A stretch of DNA of 63,074 bases, filler included, from Asterionella formosa (lineage: Eukaryota): the NCBI GenBank assembly GCA_002256025.1. It is 14 parts of 14 records of this genome, joined end to end, with 100 filler letters (N's around TTAATTAATTAA, not from the genome) between each part and the next. Parts side by side here need not be neighbours in the genome. Positions count along the whole stretch, not along the records: positions 48,319 to 49,704 come from NKIB01002694.1; positions 49,805 to 51,190 come from NKIB01002695.1; positions 51,291 to 52,675 come from NKIB01002697.1; positions 52,776 to 54,160 come from NKIB01002698.1; positions 54,261 to 55,645 come from NKIB01002699.1; positions 55,746 to 57,130 come from NKIB01002700.1; positions 57,231 to 58,618 come from NKIB01002701.1; positions 58,719 to 60,104 come from NKIB01002702.1; 6 more parts are not named here. The stretch is one strand, 5' to 3'. How positions within the stretch are numbered: the first letter of the stretch is position 1; each line of letters starts with the position of its first letter. The translations under genes and the position numbers were made by a program. Positions 48,319-60,415 of the stretch are shown piece by piece. The notes below the pieces were generated by a model. It was not told where the DNA came from, searched no databases, and worked only from the letters and a program-made list of their open reading frames with translations.

Positions 48319-49704
48319 AAGGTTCATGAAGTGTGGCCAATGACCACAATATGCAAGAGCAATGAGCTTGGATTCGACTGGAGTCCGCAAAACGGAACAT
48401 GCAGTTTACAATGTCGCATATGGAATCGTCAACCAGCATGATATCCGACACGGCTGTGAACAATTTTCTGGACACGACTGCAATTAACTCTGAAGTGGCA
48501 TCAACAACATCCTCATTATCGGAACAAAGATTTCCAAGTAGTACAGTGATTCCATCAACCCGTCCAATACGGGAAAGTGCCATTTGATCTTCAATTCCAT
48601 CTATAAAAATAAGCAGCGCTAGACATGCATTCAACTGTAATTCGCTGCAGATTTTGAAATTTTTCATAGCACAGGTAATCCTCTCAACCATGTGCGAGCC
48701 CCATCGTTTGAGCTCCATATCTTCAGCAGCATACAAGACGATCCGTATACATCGAAGGCAGTTAGTTTGAAGCTCCATGTCTTCTTCGTGACATCCCATT
48801 ACGTTGACAAATTCTTTTAAAGTTCCAGCAAAGATGCTTCGCATTTCCAAAGAAGTTTCTAAATTCAAGTCTGTCAATGAACCAGAAAAGAAATTGGACA
48901 TTGCAAGGGCAGCCCTTGCAACCACTTTCTGCTCTGTTTTCTGAGTTCGGAGGCACGCTCTAAGCGCATTCATTTCATCGACGGAATGAGTGTATACTGT
49001 CAAAGATTTTGAGTTCAGCTCGATTCTGGAGCGCTGGTTGAGCTCTCCTTGAAATGGTACTCTGACGTAAATACCCGCAAGCAGCGCACACCCGTTGTCC
49101 CGAATAATAACAGAATGCTCATACGCTGTCATGAGTTCTGCGATCCTTGCCGTACCATATCCATCATTTGCAGCCATCAACCTATCTAGAGTTTCTGATG
49201 AATTCACAGACAGCTCGAAAATGCATGCAATCGAAGACTCGATTTCCTCCATACTTGCATATTTATTCATAAGAACTGAAAGAGCTCGTGACAAGCTAGA
49301 AAGCCCAACCTTGGAGCGTGCAATTGTATTCACAACGTTTTCATGAATATTTTGCGGCAACGCAGATAACAGTGCCATATTTTCCGCCTTGGCGAGATCA
49401 ACAAATATTTCACTCGCTCCCAATTCAAATAACAAACTCGAACTAACAGCCATACTTGTCAACGCTATGCATGCATGTGTTGTTAGCTCGTGTTTGGCCT
49501 GTTTGCTCTCTGGAGTGTCCTTTGATATGCCGGACATTTCCATGCACGAACGAACGACATTGGTTACCACCTCAACACCTCCATTAGCCGCTATGGAAAC
49601 CTTGAACTCTTCACTTGTCGAGCACAAGTAGGCGAGAGCAAGACAACCCAGCGATTGAATTTCAACGACAGGACCATTTGCTTTCATCGAGCCAATTATG
49701 CAGC
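48319..49704 (-). CDS. Internal fragment of a large armadillo-repeat protein
   Basis: Open frame across the whole contig, with recurrent VEIQSLGCLALAYL, IRDNGCALLAGI, ELQTNCLRCI, ELQLNACLALL and RIQAHCSCILWSLA ARM-type repeats. Confidence 0.8.
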
Positions 49705-50044
49705 NNNNNNNNNNNNNNNNNNNNNNNNNNNNNNNNNNNNNNNNNNNNTTAATTAATTAANNNNNNNNNNNNNNNNNNNNNNNNNNNNNNNNNNNNNNNN
49801 NNNNTTCGATTTTCTCCATCAATTCATGCCCAATAGCACTCCGAAGATTTGCAGTCGATAACACACACTAATTCGAATAGATATTTAGTTTAGCATTTCA
49901 AATTTAATATTAAATGTTTTGTTCCGTACCTATTTTGTCCTCATTAGGGTTGGTTGTTGCTTGCATCCTCACGAATCATGTCGCGATATTTCTCGAGATC
50001 CATTTCGTTCTGTTTTTCTCAATCAATTCAGGGCAGATTGCAAT

Positions 50045-50260
50045 CAAACAATTTGTACACTGTCAAATTCTTAAGGAGGTTTTATCAAGTGCTGCTGAGG
50101 ACGAATTAGCTGCTTTGTTCCACAATCATGGCAAAGAGGCATATGCTATTCGCAACATTCTTGTTGAGCTTGGTCATCCCCAACCTTCTACCCGTATTGT
50201 CACCGATAATAGCACTGCCAGTGGCATTGCCAATTAAACCGTCCGCCAAAAACACTCCAA
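50045..50260 (+). mobile_element. Ty1/Copia RNase H fragment (second CoDi-like lineage), decayed
   Basis: CQILKEVLSSAAEDELAALF...AIRNILVELGHPQPSTRIVTDNSTASGIAN*TVRQKHSK. Confidence 0.85.
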
Positions 50261-51190
50261 AGATTCTTGCTATTTCTATTGCTGAATTCGCAATGCTCTT
50301 TACGTAGTTGGCCCCCTTCGGTAAATCAGGATGAATCAATAAAGACAAAGGTGAATCCTTACTCTGTGATACATGCCCAATCTTATTAGGGACACCTGAT
50401 ATAGTCCATAGACCATTTGATGATAAAGCAGAGACTTGAACTTTAACAGGAAGGGCTTGGGAATGGATCTTGTTAGTAGGCAACATTCCCAAATTATCAG
50501 GTGACCTACTAGGCAACATCATTGTATCCGGAATCATTCCTTCGAAATCAATTTCTGTTGAAATACCCTCAGTTACATTGATGGTATTTTCTCTACTCAT
50601 CTTCTTTTGTTTGTTTTCTGTATGTAATGAATCACTTACAAAAACAATTTTTCGTGCCAAGGCAGACTGCCTTGTTTCAGATGACCTTGTTAAAATGTCA
50701 TGCTTTAATCGATGTAATTGTCCGTTGACACGCTTACTGGGTCGTTTCAATTTGTCTTTCAAAAAAGACTCCAAATATCCACCAAAGAAATTAAAAGGAG
50801 ATCCGAACTTCCTAATCAGATGAGGGTAATGTTTCATTCTGTGACATTTTGCCATTCGTAACCCAATTTGAGATATCATTTCCCATTGGGGACAAATCAT
50901 AATCTTAGTAACTGACATAAATCCTCTCTTTACCCTTTCCTCTAAAATATCAACACATGTTGATGTATACTGTGGTATGAATAAAGTGTCATTGATAGAT
51001 ATACATAACCATAACAGCAATGTGAAATCCTTTTCTAGGTGCATGTTCTCTGAACCCATCTTGCCCTGACATTTTCGACAAAGCTGTCATCCCAGATCTG
51101 TAGTATTTTGACAATTTTGGAATATCACGATCGCTTTACCTTTCCAAATGACTATTGATATATCTAGCACTTTGTTCGAAGTATAGTATA
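50260..51190 (-). pseudogene. Second copy of the Plavaka-like transposase (matches ~3995-4960)
   Basis: ORF 50106-51059 (HLEKDFTLLLW...KHYPHLIRKFGSPFNFFGGYLESFLKDKLKRP...HPDLPKGANYVKSIAN) is collinear with the contig-1 copy. It has an internal deletion near 51055. Confidence 0.85.
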
Positions 51191-51439
51191 NNNNNNNNNN
51201 NNNNNNNNNNNNNNNNNNNNNNNNNNNNNNNNNNTTAATTAATTAANNNNNNNNNNNNNNNNNNNNNNNNNNNNNNNNNNNNNNNNNNNNATACAGTGTA
51301 GAGATTTTGTAGCAAGAGAGGTCTGATTTGATTGCGCGGCTGTAAATATACATCGCCCTCCATGGTGAGAGGGGGTGCTTACCAGTGCTAGTAGGATCGC
51401 TGTTATAGTACTAGCTTCGTTTCTTTTGTTTACATTTGG

Positions 51440-52160
51440 ATGCTTTGACAAAATGGTTTGATTACTCTTGGAGTACCATGTCGCCCACTCTACAGTCCAT
51501 CACCACCCTTGACCTTGTTATCATTTCATACTACTTGTTCTTGATACGCCCAGGCAAATACACCGGTTTACCCCATCGTGATGTAAATCAGTGCCCCCTT
51601 TTTATTCTCCAAGATGCGCAATTATGGATCAGCCACCGCCGTTTAGCCATCATACTTCACTGCCCCCTGACGATCTCCTCCAAGCTACCTTCGTCGCACT
51701 CACTTTCAAAAGCCCAAAAAGCGGGGTCTGTGGCAACAGCCATTGGTCATCAATGCAGTGGACACCCATTTGCATGCCCTGTAATGGTGGTGTGCCACTG
51801 GCTCAGCACCCACCTCTGCCTTCACCACACAAACCCCACTACTACTCCTCCTAACCGCATTTACCACTCACATCCCAGTGGACATAGTATGGTCTCTCCC
51901 AGCACATCATGGTAGCCCTCCAAGCATCAGCCACCATCATCAGCCCATCCCTAGATTTTCTCCCCACCAACATCAGTGCTCGATCTCTACGCTCAGGTGG
52001 CATCATGACTATCCTCTGTGCCCACATTGACACAGACCACATTTGCCTTGTCGTCGGCTGCTGGCCCCTAATGAAATGCTCTGTTAGTATTTACACCTTC
52101 AAGCACAACCTATCATGCATGATCTTGCATGCCAGATGCGTGTTGGTGGCAACTCTTCCT
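51440..52160 (+). pseudogene. Tyrosine recombinase of a DIRS/Ngaro-type retrotransposon, decayed
   Basis: DLVIISYYLFLIRPGKYT (R-box I), ATFVALTFKSPKSGV, ACPV, and ISARSLRSGGIMTILCAHIDTDHICLVVGCW (box II, cf. SLRxGGA...IRLxGRW). Confidence 0.8.
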
Positions 52161-52775
52161 TGATCCCTGGACAGGACATCCCCAATGCACTCCTGAATCA
52201 ATCCATCCCAATCATCCCTTCCATGATCCCACCCCTCTTGCCTCTGGCCCATCATATGGTGGATACACGCATCATAGTCTATGGACAAATGAGATTCACT
52301 GTGGTGCAGGTCGAAACCCCTAGTAAATTCGCCTTATACCACCACCATCACTCAAGTATCCCTATAAGTCTAGTTTGTTAGTTTCCACTTCAAGTTTGGA
52401 GCAGACGAGAGCAGAGGAGCCCTTGATCGCAAAGCGGCAGAGGCCGAGAACGTACCGGGTATTTCTATTCCAGAAAAGATAAGGCATTTTATTAGTACGG
52501 TATTTGGATTACCGATAGATATATTCGCACATTATACATTAGGTTGTACCTGGTACCTGGTACCTGGTACGCTTGCTGTATCTATTGGACTGCGCGATCA
52601 TTCCTGCTCGTCGTCAGCATTTAATTTATCATTTCAGATCAGGTTCATTGGCATTATTAATAGTCGTTGAAGAACNNNNNNNNNNNNNNNNNNNNNNNNN
52701 NNNNNNNNNNNNNNNNNNNTTAATTAATTAANNNNNNNNNNNNNNNNNNNNNNNNNNNNNNNNNNNNNNNNNNNN

Positions 52776-54160
52776 CATGAAAAATTCTGTTCTGGATCTA
52801 GGTGGAATTTTCTGTGATCCCAATAATGAATTTGCTGCCAAAATATTCCAGACGCTTTTGTCAGTTCTCGAGGCCCTACCATGGCAGACAGATACATCCT
52901 CATCCAGAAACTTAAGCTATACGCTTGTCTGAGATCTCTTATTAGCCATGCCTACAAACGCTGGCGTTTCAAGCATTATGCGGTCAAGTGCAGGTGTTGG
53001 TGATGATTCGATGTTGGTTGACTCAACAAATATTTGGGCATCATTGTTCAACCACTGCAATTTCCAGAAATCAGTTTCTATCATGCAAGCAACTGAGTCA
53101 TTTTTGCAGCCAGCCCCTAAGGTTTTATCCATTTTACCCTCAAACAAAATTGGCAAGTTCGAGAGAGTAATGAAATTGGACTCCAAAGCGTTTAGAAGGG
53201 GGGGTTCATAGATTTGGGTGGATTTACATCCATGATCGAATTCTTTTCCGGTACAGGTGCAACAATTAGTGTGGACCAAACGCGTTGTCGAATGGCCAAC
53301 GCAGCGGCCCTTCGGATTCTAATATGTTATCTTTTTGGAAACATAGGGTCGACTTCACTTCCTCTTGAGAAGACAAGTGATTTTGATTTAGATGAGGTGG
53401 GTGTCAAACTTTTAGAATCACTATCTAGTGCTGAAGGTCTTTTGCGCAATCTTACTGCCATGGTTGTTTTTGACGAGGGAATTTCGACTTCAACAATTTC
53501 AGACTTCTTGAAGTTTCTCCGTTTCTTATTTTGGTCAACAAAAACGTCTAAAACGTTCATAGTTTTGCCTAATCGAATGGCTGAAAATTTTGTTATAACG
53601 CTTGTGCTGTGGGAAGGTGGTCCGGAGAGTGCTCGATCCAGCTCTGCAATGAGCACGACGTCGAAGATTAGGATGAAAACACATGATTTCGTTCTTTCTA
53701 TTCCGTTGCTTGCCAAACATGCCCTGCCGTGGTTGATAAATGCTTTGGACTCCGTTGATGTGGCATCGGATACCACTTCTAAATATTTTGATGTTTTGAA
53801 AAAAATTGTTTCCAACAATGAAACGAACCGGTCTGTGATTAAGGCTCTTATCTTTAAAAATTACGAGATTTTGAAGAAGAATATTATTATCAATGAGCTT
53901 CATAGTGGGAATGCAGATTTTGAAAGATATGTCGACCAATTGAAAGAAAATGATCCAAGTTTGACTACACTTCGTCTCAGACGAAATTCAATTGGTGATA
54001 ATGTTGCCAAGGCCATTGCAGAGGCCCTTAAGGGCAATACTGTCTTGACTACACTTCATCTCTGCAATAATTCTATTGGTGATGACGGAGCCAAGGCCAT
54101 TGCAAAGGCTCTCAAGGTCAATACTGTCTTGACTGAACTTCATCTCGATAATAATTCAAT
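52776..54160 (+). pseudogene. Chimeric reading frame: USP9X/USP24-like helical fragment followed by RI/NLRC3-type LRRs; frameshift in a G7 run at ~53198-53204
   Basis: 28-aa LRRs (LTTLRLRRNSIGDNVAKAIAEALKGNTV / LTTLHLCNNSIGDDGAKAIAKALKVNTV) from ~53940 are clear. The upstream similarity to USP9X/24 is from recall. One extra G would join ORFs 52948-53211 and 53214-54160. Confidence 0.55.
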
Positions 54161-55318
54161 NNNNNNNNNNNNNNNNNNNNNNNNNNNNNNNNNNNNNNNN
54201 NNNNTTAATTAATTAANNNNNNNNNNNNNNNNNNNNNNNNNNNNNNNNNNNNNNNNNNNNTATCTAAAACATAAGACCTAATCGACAACTAGATATGTTG
54301 TATCTGGCGCAACATCGGAAACAATTTTGTCGTACTAAAAATTGTCATAACTGGAAAATTAGAAAAAATCTAAGTATACACTGTAAATATTATTTCGTTT
54401 GGTGGCTCAAAGCCATTTTTAAATGGTACCACCTCAGAAGATATGGTAAAAGACGGTTCGTTCTATCGAATAAACTGGGCAAAACATCTCAAGTACCGGA
54501 AAACCAGAAGTAACATACTAGAAGGTATGCATGAGTGAGTACAAATGGTAACAAAGCGTACCTGGTACCACCTAAAAACTGAGAGTCATATAAAGTTTAC
54601 CCCATGTTTCGACTCAAACTATTTTAGTCAAATTTCATGGTGACAACAAATCAAGGACGTAGCTAAATGTAGAACAGGCTCTCCGCTTTCAATAGGTCTG
54701 TTTAATTAGTAATGAAGCTTCATAATTCAAGAGATATGAAGTTTTTAAAGTTGATGATTATGGTCGTTTTGTATGACTATCAATACATATTTTTTACTAC
54801 GTACCTGAAGAAAATTTTATATTCAAATTCTGGTTTCGATTACCCTATTGTTCACTCTAAAGCTTTTTCCTGCCACAATATTATTTGTCCGTTGCATCAT
54901 CTACCCATTTATTATTCATTGTTTTCATTTTTTAAACCTTAAATAATAATGCGTTTGCCTTTTAACTCAAATATTATTTCAGTTTTTGTGTCACTAATCT
55001 TACTTACATTCGTTTTGATGATGGTTTGATATAGATTTATATAGGGATTTTTTATGTTTGTCACTAATTAGTGTTCTGCTTACATCAGGCTACTGGTTTG
55101 GCATTACTACTATGACAGATGTCAACCAAGCGAGAATTTTTTGTTTGATTGCTTGTTTTGCTTCTCCACCTTGCTCCGCTTCCGCTTCCGCTTCTGCTTC
55201 TGCTTCCGCCTCCTTGTTTCGTCGCTTCCTTCATATTTCTCCTCTCAGCCAGCCACCCTTCATATTCTTCCTTGCCCGAAGCATGCAAGGCAGTGCGGCT
55301 GGAATTTCAATTTCCCCC

Positions 55319-55535
55319 TTATGTGCCAGCACAATTGTCAACTCCAGGCCAAGGGGGGAGAATAGGGGGGATTGGACTCGCAGCAAGAACCACAGCAGTT
55401 TTGATCTCTTCTGCTAGCGCCTGCTGGTCTCCTCGGTGTGAGGTCTCTCCCAAGCGGGTAAGTATGGCTTGTCTTGTTTGTGGTACCGGGAAATCTCCGT
55501 TGCGTCGAAACCTTCGCACAAGGATCTTAATTTCA
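55319..55535 (-). pseudogene. Probable C-terminal remnant of a pogo-type transposase
   Basis: EIKILVRRFRRNGDFPVPQTRQAILTRLGETSHR resembles the C-terminal helical motif of diatom pogo-like transposases. It abuts the same 110-bp repeat found in the pogo-containing contig 4. Confidence 0.35.
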
Positions 55536-55745
55536 GCAGTGCTGGTCTACTAGTAGTCTATCATGCCAGTACCAGGTACCACTAGGTTATAATATTTATT
55601 GATTGGCGCACCAGCACTTAAACAACTCTAAATAAACAAGTTATTNNNNNNNNNNNNNNNNNNNNNNNNNNNNNNNNNNNNNNNNNNNNTTAATTAATTA
55701 ANNNNNNNNNNNNNNNNNNNNNNNNNNNNNNNNNNNNNNNNNNNN

Positions 55746-57130
55746 TGTACAACGAGCTCAGATTCAGAGTCAAGGGCAGAGGTTGCTTCGTCCAAAAGGA
55801 GAATTTCGGGGTTGGATACAAGAACACGAGCAATAGCAATACGTTGCTTTTGACCACCACTCATTTGGCTTCCCTTGTCTCCACATTGAGTAGCGTACCC
55901 ATCCGGGAACGAGGAAATGAAATCATGGGCATTGGCCATCTTGGCTGCGGCCTCAATTTGCTCCTGAGTGGCACTAGGATTGCCGTACTTGATGTTCGCA
56001 GCAATAGAAGTAGCGAACAAAATGGGCTCCTGACCAACATACCCAATCAGGGAGCGAAGGTGGTGCACATTAATATCCTTCAAGTTAATGCCGTCGAGCT
56101 CGATGGTTCCGCTCAATGGGTCATAAAATCGTTCAATTAACGCCACTGTTGTTGACTTGCCTAAGTTATGGAAAGGAGTACGCGAAAGGAAGTAAGCTTA
56201 TTGCCCGCAGTTGGTCATAATGCATACACAGCCTCACTCACCTCCACCACTCGGTCCGACGAGAGCTACTGTTTTCCCAGCTTCAATTTCCAAGTTAAGT
56301 CCCTTCAAAACACGATTGTCTGGTCGAGTAGGGTACGTGAACACAACATCCTTGAAGATGATATTTCCCTTAATGTTGGTTGGTTTTAGGCCCTCATCAG
56401 AGAAAGCATCAATTTTGTACGCTGGTAAGATAGCCTTGAGCTTTCGTTCGCCCTCTTCTTTTACTGTACTTTTAGTCGACTTGTTCATGGACCGGTCCGC
56501 GGACTTGGAAGCATCTGCCGATTCCTCTTGGGTCTCATAAATTTTTTCCGCCGGAGCCCCTGGCTTTCGATGAATCGCCTGTAGGGCTGGATAGGCAGCA
56601 ACACGAGCCGCTGTAAAGGTCTCGACAAAGTTTCCAACCTGAGACATACCCTGTGAAGCAAAGGCAACACCTAGCATGGCTCCAAATACTTGCGTTCCCG
56701 TATTGCTACATGTTGCATTATTGTCCACAGCTTCCGAAGGGTCGCAACCAGAGTCTTGTACGTCTGACCATAACAAGTAGGTTCCAAACAGCGCCAACAT
56801 GCAGTACAAAATAATAAAAGTTCCAAGCATAGAACCTGCATCAAGATGATAAAAAGGTTAGTATGTTAGAGTAGTCGCAATGCTGTTTCAGCAACTGAAA
56901 ATCAATTTCATTTCTGGAAACCAATCATTTAAAACCACACAATCTTACCAAACGCAAATCCTTGCAACCACAAGGGACCCACAGCAAAATTGAAGGCTTC
57001 CAAAGTGGCGTCCTTATATTGACGAATCATTTCCGGAATGGCATTCAACGACAACACCGTCTTGATGGCCGAGACGGTACTGTACGCCACACTTCCAGCC
57101 TTGGAGTAGGCACGACTTTCCCGAGCTCCC
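55746..57130 (-). CDS. ABCB (MDR/P-glycoprotein) transporter, internal fragment; exons 57130-56949, 56835-56242, 56160-55746
   Basis: TMD end ([22 protein letters not shown]) and FTYPTRPD. Walker A GPSGG|GKST is split by an 81-bp GTGAGT...TAG intron. Also Q-loop YVGQEPILF, signature [13 protein letters not shown], Walker [12 protein letters not shown], and a 113-bp GTAAGA...CAG intron. Confidence 0.95.
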
Positions 57131-57230
57131 NNNNNNNNNNNNNNNNNNNNNNNNNNNNNNNNNNNNNNNNNNNNTTAATTAATTAANNNNNNNNNNNNNN
57201 NNNNNNNNNNNNNNNNNNNNNNNNNNNNNN

Positions 57231-58175
57231 GCGAGAAACTGCAGAAAGGAACTTCGGTTTTTTAACTATGCTGAAAATAGTGGATTTTACCGGGCTAACT
57301 CGTTTATTTGGCCTAGTAAAAAAACCGAAGTTCCTTTCTGCAGTTTCTCGCCGAAAGTTAACTTCTGGGGCTATATGAAGATTACCTATGTACTTAACTC
57401 TTCTTCAAACCCTGCCAACGTTGAGCTATCGTCGTCCAAAAATTCGACAATATCGGCCTTTTCAACGGTCACCCAAACGTCGGAATCAGAATCACTAATC
57501 GCCGAAACGTCATCATCGGAATGGTAGTCTTGTGCTAAAATTTTTAGTCGTAAAATCTCGTGTACAAAAAGTTCCAATGTAATTGCCCGCTGTAATAATC
57601 ATATTCTGATTGGTTATCCTTACATCCGTTCGATTGGCACGGTTTGCGAGGTCGTGCAATCCCACGCCGGCCACACTGGATACACATGAAGCATTTTCTT
57701 GGGTGTTGGCCGATCCTACCCGTATACCGGTATCCGTACGAAGTGGGAATATCGAGTACCGGGTAGACAGGAATACCGAGAACCGGGTAGACCTACCGGT
57801 TCCAGGTAACTGATCATCATTCGTCATAGTAAATGGTAGTGCACGCTAACCAGTACCTTAGTACCGATAGTTTGCACATTCAAATATATTTTGCAGCCGC
57901 CGGGTCGTGCATGTGAAACATATTTATGATACGAGTAGGTATACTATCGGTAGAGTAGCAATATAAAACACTCAGCGATGAAGAATCTATCTTTACATAT
58001 TTTATGCATTTGAAATGGAATCTATATACGTACGCTCAAATTTCCACTCATTTGAATTTTTCAAACGGAATCATTGATATTCAAATTAGCACATAAAAGT
58101 TCTTAGTTCCAGGGAATTTCGGCAACCCTAAGCAATTTTTTAATTTTTGCCTAGGGGTTCAAATGCAGGAACCTT
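57231..58175 (-). mobile_element. Copy of the 11746-12670 element, inserted at TTAA into a Copia pol
   Basis: Reverse-complement similarity to 11746-12590, with a 33-bp perfect IR at 57231-57263 / 57319-57351. On the minus strand the Copia frame reads ...KRDTV then TTAA|GGTTCCTGC. Confidence 0.75.
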
Positions 58176-58618
58176 AACAGTATCACGTTTGACAACTTTC
58201 CACACTCCTCTCGACTGGAAGTTTTCATATTCTTTGTTGATCGCCTTGATCCACTCTTTCTTGTCTGGTCTTGCCATTGCTTCATCGTAGCTTGTTGGTA
58301 ATCCTGGATCAGAAGCCAGACTTGCGTTGTACACAAAATTCACCTGTGTATTCTTCGTAATTTCCTTCATGTTATCCTCCTCGATAACACCAGGCATCTC
58401 AGTATCTCCTGAAAATTTCACAATTTTCGTACTCGTAGGATTGAACGATGAGTCCAATCTTCGCATTTCACGTGCCAACTTCGCTTGCTTAGACTGAGCA
58501 CTTTCCGCACGTTTAGCCTTCACAATTGGGGTATTGGTACCTGTAACCTCGTATTTCGTAGTAATACCGTCTATCTTAGTTGATTGTTCAGTTTTCCTCC
58601 CCAATTATTGCTTGTCAT
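58176..58618 (-). mobile_element. Ty1/Copia pol fragment (integrase-RT linker and start of RT)
   Basis: KLAREMRRLDSSFNP...DPGLPTSYDEAMARPDKKEWIKAINKEYENFQSRGVWKVVKR. Confidence 0.92.
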
Positions 58619-59083
58619 NNNNNNNNNNNNNNNNNNNNNNNNNNNNNNNNNNNNNNNNNNNNTTAATTAATTAANNNNNNNNNNNNNNNNNNNNNNNNNN
58701 NNNNNNNNNNNNNNNNNNGTCTCCATTGGAACTCTTATTTTTTATTTCATTTCTAACCCAAAACAATTTTCTTCTATTTCTCATTTGATGCTAATTATTA
58801 CAACGCATTTCATACTTTGGTTGCTTCAAACATCATGTTCAATTTTCATTGATGTTGCATGTTACAATCATTCTTGTGTGTTTTACGCTTGTTGTACCAT
58901 CTCTATGCATATTACCGATATTCTGGTTGTCATGCTAAAATCGGCAATTTTATTGCCGAAAAATTCGATGTGCCCCATATTGCCCTTAAATAAAATTTAC
59001 TTAAGAAATTACTTATAGACTAAAAATTACTTAGAAGTACTCGAATGGCAAGACGATAGCTGGAGCGGGAATTGCTGAAGGCA

Positions 59084-59189
59084 ATACATGCCCGAGGTGG
59101 TCTCTTGCCTGCGAGTATACATGCCCGAGGTGGTCTCTTGCCTGCAAGTATACATGCCCAAGGTGGTCTCTTGCCTGCGAGTATACATG
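59084..59189. repeat. 33-bp tandem repeat, ~3.2 copies
   Basis: ATACATGCCCRAGGTGGTCTCTTGCCTGCRAGT x3 head-to-tail with no spacers. A single diverged unit lies at ~17045-17085 on the opposite strand. Confidence 0.95.
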
Positions 59190-60204
59190 TGTTCGAGGCT
59201 GGGTGGCGCGAGTAGGGTGACCTTCTTGCAGCGCCCGTGGTACTAAAAACAACCATGCATGCTTTAATGCTTACTTTGAACACGTTATAATATTATCTCT
59301 GTAGACTCGGTATTATTTTTACGAGACCTGAAATGTTGAATTATATCGTTCACATATTCATTGATTTTACATACCGTATGCCCGATTTCGTCCTCACAAA
59401 TATAGTTCTCACTCTATCTTGCCTGCCTTTGCTCTATTCGGCCTTGCAATAGGCAACGTTCGTCTTTCTTTGATCCCATCGTCTGCTGCTTGTTATGCTA
59501 GTTGAAGCGGATCGGTAAGTACAACAGTGAAACACTGAATGTGGGTTGTAGATTGTATTTATCGACTTTCCGATTTCATTGCTTCCGTGGTTTGTTTTGA
59601 TCGCTTCCATCGTTGTTTGTTGTTACGCACTGTCGTTTTGTTTTGATTGTACATATCTACATAAGAACCAATGCATTTATCAATGACTACTCATTGAAGA
59701 TGTGGTATTGTGCCGTTGTTGATCGTATTTGTTGATTTGTATAGTCGTTGACAATGATGTCAATACTGCCACCAAGCAATGCATTTCTTGTACTAACGCG
59801 CTTTGCTACATTTCTACTGCGAGTTCGTATCAGAAGCTACATGAATACTCAGCTAGAGAGAGTCAATAGTTCTGGAGCAGCGTGGCGATCACGCTTGCTC
59901 AGAATGGAATGATCAGGGTTGCTTGTTTGGTGGGCAGCGGAGAGGAAGAATGACTGTGGCGGAAATACTGCTACTGGTGTCAGGCTACTACAGCGATGCG
60001 CATGGATGCAGAAACCAGACCATTTACGCTAAATAACGGTGTAGGTCAAGATTGGGTTCACCTTTTCCCTTCTTATTTTGGTCTTCGATTGTGTGGTGAT
60101 GGAANNNNNNNNNNNNNNNNNNNNNNNNNNNNNNNNNNNNNNNNNNNNTTAATTAATTAANNNNNNNNNNNNNNNNNNNNNNNNNNNNNNNNNNNNNNNN
60201 NNNN

Positions 60205-60415
60205 TCCAGACTTTTCTATGTTGTGCTCTGTGCCACTTGATTGCTTCTATGGTACAGAGTCTTGCTGTGGTGAAACTTTTGACCATATCTACTGTAAATG
60301 TTCCCCTACCGCTGGGTGGACTTGTTTGTTTACTGATGCTTGCTACAGGAAGTCCTGTACTCCTTCCAAAAGTCCCACTGCAGCAGGTGCCAATACTGAG
60401 AACTCTAATGGCTGA
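60205..60415 (+). CDS. 3' end of a cysteine-rich, probably extracellular protein (partial)
   Basis: C...CFYGTESCCGE.....CKC.....WTCLFTDAC...SC followed by TPSKSPT, similar to diatom Cys-rich modules with PS/PT linkers. The 5' part is lost at the contig edge. Confidence 0.5.

Noticed and set aside
50106..51059. 317-aa ORF as an intact gene
   Set aside because: It is a transposase fragment reading through into the antisense of a Copia RNase H remnant, with a deletion-created start.
59084..59189. Possible CRISPR array (33-bp repeats)
   Set aside because: Units are head-to-tail with no spacers, there are no cas genes, and the context is eukaryotic.
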